DNA of 62,789 nt from Rhizobiaceae bacterium. Lineage in GTDB: Bacteria; Pseudomonadota; Alphaproteobacteria; Rhizobiales; Rhizobiaceae. A program made the position numbers and the translations under genes. The stretch spans positions 1 through 62,789 of the forward strand of contig JBFXFO010000002.1 of assembly GCA_050178915.1 (NCBI GenBank), given 5' to 3'. Shown piece by piece: positions 31,648 through 39,868 of this stretch (its first letter is position 1; the number at the start of each line of letters is the position of its first letter). The notes under the pieces were generated by a model that had not been told where the DNA came from, searched no databases, and saw only the letters and a list, made by a program, of their open reading frames with translations.

Positions 31648-33225
31648 ATGGCCGGAACGATACACGATCCGATCACGGCTTCGGTCATCCAGGCTGGCCT
31701 GGCGGCCGCGGCCGACGAGATGTTCGCGGTGCTGAAGAAGACCGCGATGAGCCCGATCATCTACGAGGTGCTGGATGTCGGCACCGGAGTGACAGACCGC
31801 CACGGCAACCTCGTCAGCTCCGGCGCCGGCATACCGAGCTTCGTCGGCATGCTCGACAAGGCGGTGTTCCGCATCATCGAGATCCACGGGCTCGACAACA
31901 TCCGCGACGGTGACTGCTTCATCACCAACGATCCCGCCTATGGCGGCGTGACTCATCTCAACGACGTGATCGTGGCGCAGCCGGTCTTCGCTGAGGGCCG
32001 CTGCATCGCCTGGGCCACGTCGGTGGGTCACTGGAACGATGTCGGCGGCAAGACACCCGGCTCGATGGCGGTTGACGTCACCGAGGTGTTCCAGGAAGGG
32101 CTGCGGCTGCCGGCGGTCAAGCTGTTCGAGGACGGCAAGCCGATCCGCTCCGTCTTCGACATCATCACGACCAACTCGCGCCTGCCCGATTTCGTCGAAG
32201 GCGATCTCTGGTCGCAGGTGGCGGCCGGCCGCAAGGCCGAGGCACGCATCAGGCAGCTCGTCGCGACGTACGGACTGCCGGCCTACGAGGCCGCGCTGGA
32301 AGCGCTCTTCGCCGAGGGCGAGCGGCGCGCGCTCGCCGGTTTGAAGGCGCTGCCCAAGGGCACGTTCCGCGTTCAGGAAGAACAGGACGACGGCGCCGTC
32401 TGGCACGCAACCATCACCATTACTGACGAGAAGTTCGTCGTCGATGTCAGCGACGCGCCCGCGCAGCGCGCGGCGCCCTACAACACTGCCCGCGACGGCA
32501 CGGTGATCGTCTGCCAGACGCTGTTCAAGGGACTGACCGATCCGACGCTGTTCGCCAATGCCGGGTCGTTCCGCCCGCTCGAAGTCATCACCACGCCCGG
32601 CACCATCTTCGACGTGCAGGGCACCGCGCCGCACGGCTACTATTTCGAGACGCGCATGCGGCTCTACGACATGCTCTGCCAGCGCATGGCCGAGCTGATG
32701 CCGAACGAGCAGCCGGCCGGTCACTTCGCTTCGATCTGCGGAACGGTGCTCGCCGGGCTGCATCCTGATACGGGCCGCCGCTTTACCATGGTCGAGCCGC
32801 AGATGGGCGGCTGGGGCGCGACGTCAACGCGTGATGGCCTCGACGCCATGTATTCGACCGGCCACGGCGACACGTTCAACTGTCCGGTCGAGATCTGCGA
32901 GGCGCGCTACGGCATCGATGTCGGCTACCGGCGGCTGAACGAGCTCACCGACGAGACGAGCCTGCACAAGGGCGGGCGCGGCCTGTCCGCCAGCCTGCGT
33001 CCGCGCTCGCGCACGGTGCTCTCGGCCGGCTACAGCCGCAACCGGATACCGGCATGGGGATCCGCCGGCGGCGAAAGCGGCGGCACCAACAGCATCTCCG
33101 TGGTGCGCCAGGACGGCAAGCGCGAGGACTATTCCTTCGTCAGCGGCTGCGTCGTTGAACCGGGTGATGAGATTCTCATCCACACCGGCAATGGCGGCGG
33201 CTGGGGCAGGGCGCAGGCCAGCTAG
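31648..33225 (+). CDS. Hydantoinase B/oxoprolinase family protein (HyuB-like), copy 2, without an adjacent HyuA
   Basis: MAGTIHDPITASVIQAGLAAAADEMFAVLKKTAMSPIIYEVLDVGTGVTDRHGNLVSSGAGIPSFVGMLDKAV... is clearly paralogous to copy 1. It starts 2 nt after the M24 stop. Confidence 0.88.
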   Translation: MAGTIHDPITASVIQAGLAAAADEMFAVLKKTAMSPIIYEVLDVGTGVTDRHGNLVSSGAGIPSFVGMLDKAVFRIIEIHGLDNIRDGDCFITNDPAYGGVTHLNDVIVAQPVFAEGRCIAWATSVGHWNDVGGKTPGSMAVDVTEVFQEGLRLPAVKLFEDGKPIRSVFDIITTNSRLPDFVEGDLWSQVAAGRKAEARIRQLVATYGLPAYEAALEALFAEGERRALAGLKALPKGTFRVQEEQDDGAVWHATITITDEKFVVDVSDAPAQRAAPYNTARDGTVIVCQTLFKGLTDPTLFANAGSFRPLEVITTPGTIFDVQGTAPHGYYFETRMRLYDMLCQRMAELMPNEQPAGHFASICGTVLAGLHPDTGRRFTMVEPQMGGWGATSTRDGLDAMYSTGHGDTFNCPVEICEARYGIDVGYRRLNELTDETSLHKGGRGLSASLRPRSRTVLSAGYSRNRIPAWGSAGGESGGTNSISVVRQDGKREDYSFVSGCVVEPGDEILIHTGNGGGWGRAQAS

Positions 33226-33285
33226 TCGCCCCTCGTCGCCGTTCGCCAGCAACGCGGGTCCCGGCATTGCTCGTGCACGTCGACC

Positions 33286-34308
33286 TTATGCCGTCGGCGC
33301 ATCCTTGCGCATCAGCCCTTGCGCCTTGAGGTCGGCCCACAGCGCCGGCGGGATTTGCACGTCGAGGAAGCCGCGGTTGCTCTTCACTTCCTCGACCCGC
33401 TGTCCGCCCGGAATGACCGAGACGATGGCCGGATGCTGCAACGGGAAGTTCAGCGCCGCCTCGATCAGCTTCACGCCGTGGCTCCGGCAGACCGACTGGA
33501 TGCGAGCGACACGGTCGAGGATTTCCTGCGGCGCCTCGAAGTAGTTGTAGAACGCGCCGGGCTTTGGGCCGCTTGCCAGCACGCCGGAATTGTAGGGTCC
33601 GCCCAGCACGATGCCGATGCCGCGCTGCTCGCACAGCGGCAGAAAGCTCCGCAGGGCCTCCTGCTCGAGGAGGGTGTAGCGGCCGGCGAGCAGGAAAAGG
33701 TCGAAGTCGCCGCGCTCGGCGAGCCACTGGCAAGACTCCCATTCGTTGACGCCGGCGCCGAACGCCCTGATCACGCCCTCGTCGCGCAGCTTGAGCAGCG
33801 CCTGGTAGCCGGAGCCCATGAATTCGGCGAACTTGGCGTCGAGCGCGGCCTGCGTGCCGAGCGTGTAGATGTCGAGGTCGTGCGCGTACAGGATGTCGAT
33901 GCGGTCGACGCCCAGCCGTTCCAGCGAGAATTCGACCGAGCGCATCACGCCGTCATGCGTGTAGTCGTAGACTTCCTTGCGCGTCGGCGTCTCGAAGAAC
34001 TTGCCGATGCCGGTGCGCTGTTCCGGCGGACAGACCTGCAGCAGCCGCCCGATCTTGGTGGAGAGCACGTAATCGTCGCGCCTCTTTCCGCGCAGGAAGC
34101 GGTTCACGCGCGTTTCCGACAGGCCGAGCCCGTACAGCGGCGCGGTGTCGAAGTAGCGGCAGCCCGTGTCCCAGGCTGCGGTCAGCACCGCCTGCGCATC
34201 GTCGTCCGAGATGGCGCGGTAGAGGTTGCCGAGCGGGGCGGTGCCGAAGCCGAGTTCGGTGAAATCCAGGCCGCCATTGCCGATCCGGTCGAAATGCCGC
34301 GTCTTCAT
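33286..34308 (-). CDS. Aldo/keto reductase
   Basis: MKTRHFDRIGNGGLDFTELGFGTAPLGNLY...CRYFDTAPLYGLGLSE...IDILYAHD... Start at the internal ATG 34308 of ORF 33286..34374. Confidence 0.88.
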   Translation of the reverse strand: MKTRHFDRIGNGGLDFTELGFGTAPLGNLYRAISDDDAQAVLTAAWDTGCRYFDTAPLYGLGLSETRVNRFLRGKRRDDYVLSTKIGRLLQVCPPEQRTGIGKFFETPTRKEVYDYTHDGVMRSVEFSLERLGVDRIDILYAHDLDIYTLGTQAALDAKFAEFMGSGYQALLKLRDEGVIRAFGAGVNEWESCQWLAERGDFDLFLLAGRYTLLEQEALRSFLPLCEQRGIGIVLGGPYNSGVLASGPKPGAFYNYFEAPQEILDRVARIQSVCRSHGVKLIEAALNFPLQHPAIVSVIPGGQRVEEVKSNRGFLDVQIPPALWADLKAQGLMRKDAPTA

Positions 34309-34467
34309 GCTTGCCGTTTCATCCCCTGATCGCTGGCCGCATTGCCGGCCCGCCTGGTGCCGCGAGACTAGCACAGCCGGGGCGGTCCAAAAGTCCGCCG
34401 CAGCGGTTGGCCTTCATTTTTCGCCCTGCTAGCATCACGGCAAGCTTTGAAGCGCCACGGGGAGGTC

Positions 34468-35280
34468 ATGACCGAGAAGTTCAGGCGTGTGTTCGGTGCC
34501 GGCAAGCCGGTTATCGCCATGGTGCATCTCGGCGCGCTGCCCGGCACGCCGCTCCACGACGCTGCCGGTGGGCTGGAAGCGCTGGTCGAGGGCGCCGCGC
34601 GCGACCTCGACGCGTTGCAGATGGCGGGTGTCGACGCCGTCATGTTCGGCAACGAGAACGACCGGCCGTACGAATTCGCCGTCGACACCGCATCGACCGC
34701 CACCATGGCCTATGTCATCGGCCGGCTGCGCCCGAAGATCCGCGTGCCGTTCGGCGTCAACGTGCTGTGGGATCCGATGAGCAGCGTCGCGCTCGCCGCC
34801 GCTACCGGCGCCGCCTTCGTGCGCGAGATCTTCACCGGCACCTACGCCTCCGACATGGGACCGTGGACGCCGGACGCCGGCAAGGCGATGCGCTACCGCG
34901 ACCGTCTGCATCGCGCCGACCTCGCCATGCTGTTCAACGTCTCGGCGGAATTCGCCCATTCGCTCGACCAGCGCAGCCTGCCCGATCGTGCGCGCAGCGC
35001 GGTCTTCTCGTCCATTCCCGACGCCGTGCTCGTCTCCGGGCAGATCACCGGCGAGGCGGCCGCCCTGAGCGACCTGGAGGCGGTGAAGAAGATGCTGCCC
35101 GATACGCCGGTGCTCGCCAATACCGGCGTCAAGCATGCCACCGTCGCCGACGTCTTGCGGCTGGCCGACGGCTGCATCGTCGGCTCGTCCCTGAAGGTCG
35201 ACGGCAACACGTGGAATCCGGTCGACGCCGACCGCGCCAGCGAGTTCATGCGCATCGTGCGCCAGGCGCGGGGCGGCTGA
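34468..35280 (+). CDS. BtpA/SgcQ family TIM-barrel protein
   Basis: MTEKFRRVFGAGKPVIAMVHLGALPGTPLHD...GVDAVMFGNENDRPY...GVNVLWD... This matches my recollection of the BtpA/SgcQ N-terminus. TTG 34447 is an alternative start. Confidence 0.8.
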   Translation: MTEKFRRVFGAGKPVIAMVHLGALPGTPLHDAAGGLEALVEGAARDLDALQMAGVDAVMFGNENDRPYEFAVDTASTATMAYVIGRLRPKIRVPFGVNVLWDPMSSVALAAATGAAFVREIFTGTYASDMGPWTPDAGKAMRYRDRLHRADLAMLFNVSAEFAHSLDQRSLPDRARSAVFSSIPDAVLVSGQITGEAAALSDLEAVKKMLPDTPVLANTGVKHATVADVLRLADGCIVGSSLKVDGNTWNPVDADRASEFMRIVRQARGG

Positions 35281-36395
35281 TGCCCCGACCCGCTGCCACG
35301 CGCGAACGGCTGAAGTCGCTGCTGACCGAGCTCATGCTGATCCCCGGCCTGAGCGGTCACGAAGGCCGGGTGCGTCGTGCGTTGAAGGCGCATCTCGCCG
35401 GCCTCGGCCTGACGACGCGCACCGACATGCTCGGCAATCTGATTGCGACGATCGAGGGCAGCGGCCCGTCGGTGATGCTGTTCGCCCATATGGACCAGCT
35501 CGGTTTCGTCGTGCGCAAGATCGAGCCCAACGGCTTCATCCGCGTCGAGCGACTCGGCGGCGTGCCGGAACGAGCGCTCGCCTCGCAGGCGGTTCTGCTC
35601 TGCGTCGGTGAGGGCAGGGACGTTCCCGGCGTCATCGCCAACAAGAGCCACCACGCGACGACGCCCGACGAAAAGTACAAGGTCGTACCCTATGCCGACC
35701 TCTACATCGACGCCGGTCTTGCCAGCGCCGATGCAGTGCTCGCGTCCGGCATCGATATCGGCACGCCCGTCGTCTACCGCCCGAACGTTGTCGAACTCGG
35801 CGGCGGCCGCATCGCCGGAACCTCGGTCGACGACCGCGCCGGCTGCGCCGTGATCGTTGAAGTCGCGCGCGCGCTCGTCGCTGCCAAGAAGCGGCCGACC
35901 GTGCATCTGGTCTTCTCGACACAGGAGGAGTTCAACCTGCGTGGCGCGCTGCCGGCGGCGCAGGCGCTTCAGCCCGACATCTGCATCCAGCTCGACCTGC
36001 TGCTCGCCACCGACACGCCCGACATGGGCTATCGCGGCGACGTGCGGCTGGGTGAGGGGCCGGCGATGAGCCTCTACTCCTTCCATGGCCGTGGCACGCT
36101 CAACGGCACGCTGCCGCATCCCGCGCTGGTGCAGCTGTTCGAGCGCAGCGCCGCGAGGCTGAAGATGAACCTGCAGCGCAGTGCCCACACCGGCGCGCTG
36201 ACGGACTCGTCCTACGTGCAACTGGTCGGCAGCGGCGTTGCCGCCATCGACCTCGGATTCCCCATGCGCCATTCGCATTCCTCGCTGGAGATCTGCGACC
36301 TTGCCGACCTCGAGGCGCTGACCGCGCTGCTGGTTGCCGGGATCGGCGCGATCGACGCAAAGCTCAGCCTCGACCGGGACGACTACATCGCATGA
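35280..36395 (+). CDS. M42 family metallopeptidase-like protein (FrvX/SgcX/YpdE type)
   Basis: ...LIPGLSGHEGRVRRAL...MLFAHMDQLGFVV...GTSVDDRAGCAV...STQEEFNLRGA... ATG 35280 overlaps the btpA-like stop (TGATG). The 694-aa track ORF is an upstream extension. Confidence 0.85.
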   Translation: MPRPAATRERLKSLLTELMLIPGLSGHEGRVRRALKAHLAGLGLTTRTDMLGNLIATIEGSGPSVMLFAHMDQLGFVVRKIEPNGFIRVERLGGVPERALASQAVLLCVGEGRDVPGVIANKSHHATTPDEKYKVVPYADLYIDAGLASADAVLASGIDIGTPVVYRPNVVELGGGRIAGTSVDDRAGCAVIVEVARALVAAKKRPTVHLVFSTQEEFNLRGALPAAQALQPDICIQLDLLLATDTPDMGYRGDVRLGEGPAMSLYSFHGRGTLNGTLPHPALVQLFERSAARLKMNLQRSAHTGALTDSSYVQLVGSGVAAIDLGFPMRHSHSSLEICDLADLEALTALLVAGIGAIDAKLSLDRDDYIA

Positions 36396-37885
36396 GGTGC
36401 TATCTCGGCGTCGACATCGGCACGTTTGAAACCAAGGGTGTCCTTGTCGACGAAACCGGCGCCATCCTTGCCAGCGCCGCGCGCGCCCACAAGATGCTGG
36501 TGCCGCAGCCGGGCTGGGCGGAGCATCGCCCGCGCGAGGACTGGTGGGGCGATTTCGTCCACGTGACGCGCGTCCTGCTGGCCGAAAGCAGGGTCGCGCC
36601 AACCGACATCCGCGCCGTCGCCTGCAGCGCGATCGGCCCGTGCATGCTGCCGGTCGATGCCGATGGCGAGCCGCTGATGAACGCGGTGCTCTACGGCGTG
36701 GATACCCGCGCGGCGCGCGAGATCGACAGCCTGACGGCGGAGATCGGCGCCGAGCGGATTCTCGACCGTTGCGGCAACGCGCTCACCTCGCAGTCCGTCG
36801 GCCCGAAGATCCTGTGGCTGAAGAACGAGCGGCCCGAGCTTTACGCCCGCGCTGCAAGATTCCTCAACTCCAGCAGCTACCTCGCCTGGAAACTGACCGG
36901 CCGCCATGTGATCGATCATTATTCGGCCGCGAGCTCCAGCCCGATCTACGATGTTGGCCAGCAGGACTGGACCGACGAACTGGCCCCCGGAATCGCTCGG
37001 CGAGAGCAATTGCCGGAGCTGCTCTGGACCACCGACATTGCCGGCGGGGTGACCGCCGCCGCCGCAGCCGAGACCGGGCTGGCCGAAGGCACGCCGGTCA
37101 CCGCCGGCACCATCGACGCGGCATCCGAGGCGCTGAGCGTCGGCGTCACCCAGCCGGGTGACATGATGATCATGTATGGCTCGACCATCTTCACGATCAT
37201 GCTGTCGGCGGGGCGCATCCGCGATCCTCGGCTCTGGTACTCGCCATGGCTGTTCGAGGGCCAGCACGCCTCGATGGCGGGGCTGGCGACGAGCGGCACG
37301 CTGACCCACTGGTTCCGCGACCAGTTCGCGCGCGAACTGCCTGCCGACGCGGCATTCGCGAGCCTCGCTGCCGAGGCGGCGCAGTCGCCGCCAGGCGCCA
37401 ACGGGCTGGTGTTCCTCCCCTACTTCTCGGGCGAGCGCACCCCGATCCACGATCCCCACGCCAAGGGTGTGGTGTTTGGCATGAACCTCACGCACACGCG
37501 CGGCGACATCTACCGCGCGCTGCTCGAAGGCATCGCCTGCGGCACCACCCACATCGTCGACACCTATCGCGAGATCGGGCAGCCGCCGGCGCGCATCTAC
37601 GCGGTCGGCGGCGGCACGCGCAACACGGTGTGGGCGCAGGCGACCTCGGACGTGTCCGGGCTCGACCAGATCCTGCGCCGCCGCACCATCGGCGCGTCCT
37701 ACGGCGATGCGTTCCTGGCTGCCGTGGCGGTCGGCGACCTCGCGGTGGGCGACATCATGCGCTGGAACCCGGTCGACACGACCATCCAGCCGGACGCCCG
37801 CACCATCGACGTCTACCGTCGCCAGTACGGCGCCTTCCGCCGGCTCTACGACAACACGCGCGAACTGATGGCCGCCCTGTCCTAG
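36392..37885 (+). CDS. FGGY-family carbohydrate kinase (xylulokinase-like)
   Basis: MRCYLGVDIGTFETKGVLVDETGAIL...GWAEHRPREDWW...YFSGERTP...AVGGGTRNTVWAQATSDV. ATGA overlap with the M42 gene. Confidence 0.88.
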   Translation: MRCYLGVDIGTFETKGVLVDETGAILASAARAHKMLVPQPGWAEHRPREDWWGDFVHVTRVLLAESRVAPTDIRAVACSAIGPCMLPVDADGEPLMNAVLYGVDTRAAREIDSLTAEIGAERILDRCGNALTSQSVGPKILWLKNERPELYARAARFLNSSSYLAWKLTGRHVIDHYSAASSSPIYDVGQQDWTDELAPGIARREQLPELLWTTDIAGGVTAAAAAETGLAEGTPVTAGTIDAASEALSVGVTQPGDMMIMYGSTIFTIMLSAGRIRDPRLWYSPWLFEGQHASMAGLATSGTLTHWFRDQFARELPADAAFASLAAEAAQSPPGANGLVFLPYFSGERTPIHDPHAKGVVFGMNLTHTRGDIYRALLEGIACGTTHIVDTYREIGQPPARIYAVGGGTRNTVWAQATSDVSGLDQILRRRTIGASYGDAFLAAVAVGDLAVGDIMRWNPVDTTIQPDARTIDVYRRQYGAFRRLYDNTRELMAALS

Positions 37886-38964
37886 CTCGCGTTCTGCCGC
37901 ATGGCGCGGAAGCGGTCGAACGCCACCGCCAGGACGATGAACGTGCCGACGAACACGCCCTGCCAGAACGGGTTGATGCCGAGCAGCGTCAGCGAGTTGC
38001 GGATCATCTCGATCAGCACGGCGCCGACGATGGCGCCGAAGGCAGTGCCTCCACCGCCTGCCAGATTGGCGCCGCCGATCACCACCGCCGCGATGACCAC
38101 GAGTTCCATGCCGGTGCCCATGCCGGTGGTGATGGTGCCGAGCCAGCCCACCTGCAGGATGCCGGCAATGCCGGCCATGAACGCCGACAGCATGTAGACG
38201 CTCACCTTGATGCGCTTCACCGGCACGCCGGTCAGCGTGGCCGCCTGCTCGTTGCCGCCGATCGCGAAGATGTGCCGGCCCCAGCGCGTCCAGCGGAAGG
38301 TGAAGCCGAAGGCCAGCGCGAGCACGAGCAGGATGATCGCCGGATTGGGCACGAAGACGTTCTGCGCCAGCCAGCCGAAGATGCCGCCGATGGCGCTGTC
38401 CGGCCCGACCCAGCCGGCGATCGAATCGAACCAGCCGCGTGTCGAGCCGCCGCCGATGGCCACCAGCTTCTTGTGGTCGACGCCGAACTGGTAGACCATC
38501 TGGTTGCCGGACAGCACCATGGCGATCGAGCGTGCGAACGACATCATGCCGAGCGTCACGACGAAGGACGGCATGCCGACATAGGCGATCAGCACCCCGT
38601 TCACGAAGCCGCAGGCGAGCGCCGCGATCATGGCGCAGGGCACGGCGATCCAGATGGGATAGTCCCAGCTCATCATCATGCCGCAGACCATGCCGGCGAG
38701 GCACAGCACCGAACCGACAGACAGGTCGATGCCACCGGTAATGATCACCGCCGTCATGCCCAGTCCGATGATGCCGACGAAGGCGCAGTTGCGCGCCACG
38801 TTGAACAGGTTCTGCCCGGTGTAGAAGCTGTCCGTCTGCGTGGCGAGGTAGATGAACGCGATCACCGCGGCCATGAAGACCCAGAAGGTCTGGCTGCCGA
38901 CGATCTGTCCGAGCGGGCCGCTGAGCGGCTTGTTGAAGCTGTCTTCAAAACTGGTGGCTGACAT
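37882..38964 (-). CDS. Sugar ABC transporter permease (CUT2/RbsC-like)
   Basis: ...GIIGLGMTAVIITGGIDLSVGSVL...GGNEQAATLTGVPVKRIK... Its stop overlaps the convergent kinase stop (CTAG). Confidence 0.9.
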   Translation of the reverse strand: MSATSFEDSFNKPLSGPLGQIVGSQTFWVFMAAVIAFIYLATQTDSFYTGQNLFNVARNCAFVGIIGLGMTAVIITGGIDLSVGSVLCLAGMVCGMMMSWDYPIWIAVPCAMIAALACGFVNGVLIAYVGMPSFVVTLGMMSFARSIAMVLSGNQMVYQFGVDHKKLVAIGGGSTRGWFDSIAGWVGPDSAIGGIFGWLAQNVFVPNPAIILLVLALAFGFTFRWTRWGRHIFAIGGNEQAATLTGVPVKRIKVSVYMLSAFMAGIAGILQVGWLGTITTGMGTGMELVVIAAVVIGGANLAGGGGTAFGAIVGAVLIEMIRNSLTLLGINPFWQGVFVGTFIVLAVAFDRFRAMRQNAS

Positions 38965-38983
38965 GCGCCGTCCCTTCTGCGGT

Positions 38984-39724
38984 TCAGGCTTGCTGGATGG
39001 CGCCGGTGATCAGACCGGTCACTTCTTCGGGGGATGACTGCGCAATCGGCTTGTCGGCGACCTTATGGCCGCGTCGCAGCACGACCACACGGTCAGCGAC
39101 GTCGAACACGTCCGGCATGCGATGGCTGATGAGCACGACCGAGATGCCATGGTCGCGCAGCCGTCGGATGAGGTTCAGCACTTCCGCCACCTGCCGCACC
39201 GAGATGGCGGCGGTGGGTTCGTCCATCAGCACGATCTTCGGCTGCGACAGGCGTGTGCGCGCGATGGCGACGGCCTGTCGCTGGCCGCCCGACATGTGCT
39301 TGACGAGGTCGCGCGGCCGCGTCTCGGACTTCAGCTCGGCGAAGAGCTCTGCCGAGCGCTCATACATCGAGCGGTAGTCGAGGATGCGGATCGGGCCGAA
39401 GCCGCGCCGCAGTTCTCGCCCGAGGAAGACATTCGCCGCCGCCGTCAGATTGTTGCAGAGCGCCAGGTCCTGGTAGACGATTTCGATGCCATTGCGCCGC
39501 GCATCGACCGGCTGGCTGAAATGCACCTCCCGCCCTTCGATCTCGATGCGTCCCGACGTCGGCGGGAAATTGCCCGCGATGATCTTCACCAGCGTTGATT
39601 TGCCGGCGCCGTTGTCGCCCATCAGGCCGAGCACCTGCGATGCTTCGAGTGAAAGGGAAACGTCGTTCAGCGCGTGGATCGCGCCGAAATGCTTCGAGAT
39701 GCCTGTCAGGCGCAGAGCCGTCAT
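38984..39724 (-). CDS. Sugar ABC transporter ATP-binding protein, single ABC domain (FrcA-like)
   Basis: MTALRLTGISKHFGAIHALNDVSLSLEASQVLGLMGDNGAGKSTL...MSGGQRQAVAIARTRLSQPKIVLMDEPTAAIS. ATG 39724 has GGGGAGGAA upstream. The 558-aa track ORF is an extension. Confidence 0.9.
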   Translation of the reverse strand: MTALRLTGISKHFGAIHALNDVSLSLEASQVLGLMGDNGAGKSTLVKIIAGNFPPTSGRIEIEGREVHFSQPVDARRNGIEIVYQDLALCNNLTAAANVFLGRELRRGFGPIRILDYRSMYERSAELFAELKSETRPRDLVKHMSGGQRQAVAIARTRLSQPKIVLMDEPTAAISVRQVAEVLNLIRRLRDHGISVVLISHRMPDVFDVADRVVVLRRGHKVADKPIAQSSPEEVTGLITGAIQQA

Positions 39725-39801
39725 CAAATTCCTCCCCGATGCAGCGGCATTAATCCGACAACAAACGCATCGGTCAATAGAACGACAAGACTGATGATCA
39801 T

Positions 39802-39816
39802 ATTTGTCTGACAAAT
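39802..39816. promoter_or_regulatory. Candidate operator: 15-bp palindrome ATTTGTCtGACAAAT in a divergent promoter region
   Basis: Perfect 7-bp arms in the 144-nt region between the ATPase gene (minus) and the epimerase gene (plus). The TTGTC-N-GACAA core resembles GntR/FadR-type t.GT-N-AC.a sites. A TTGACG hexamer follows at 39820..39825. Confidence 0.35.
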
Positions 39817-39868
39817 CGCTTGACGCTGCGTTTTCTCGCCGCTTAGTTTGATGGTGGAGGAGAGACGG

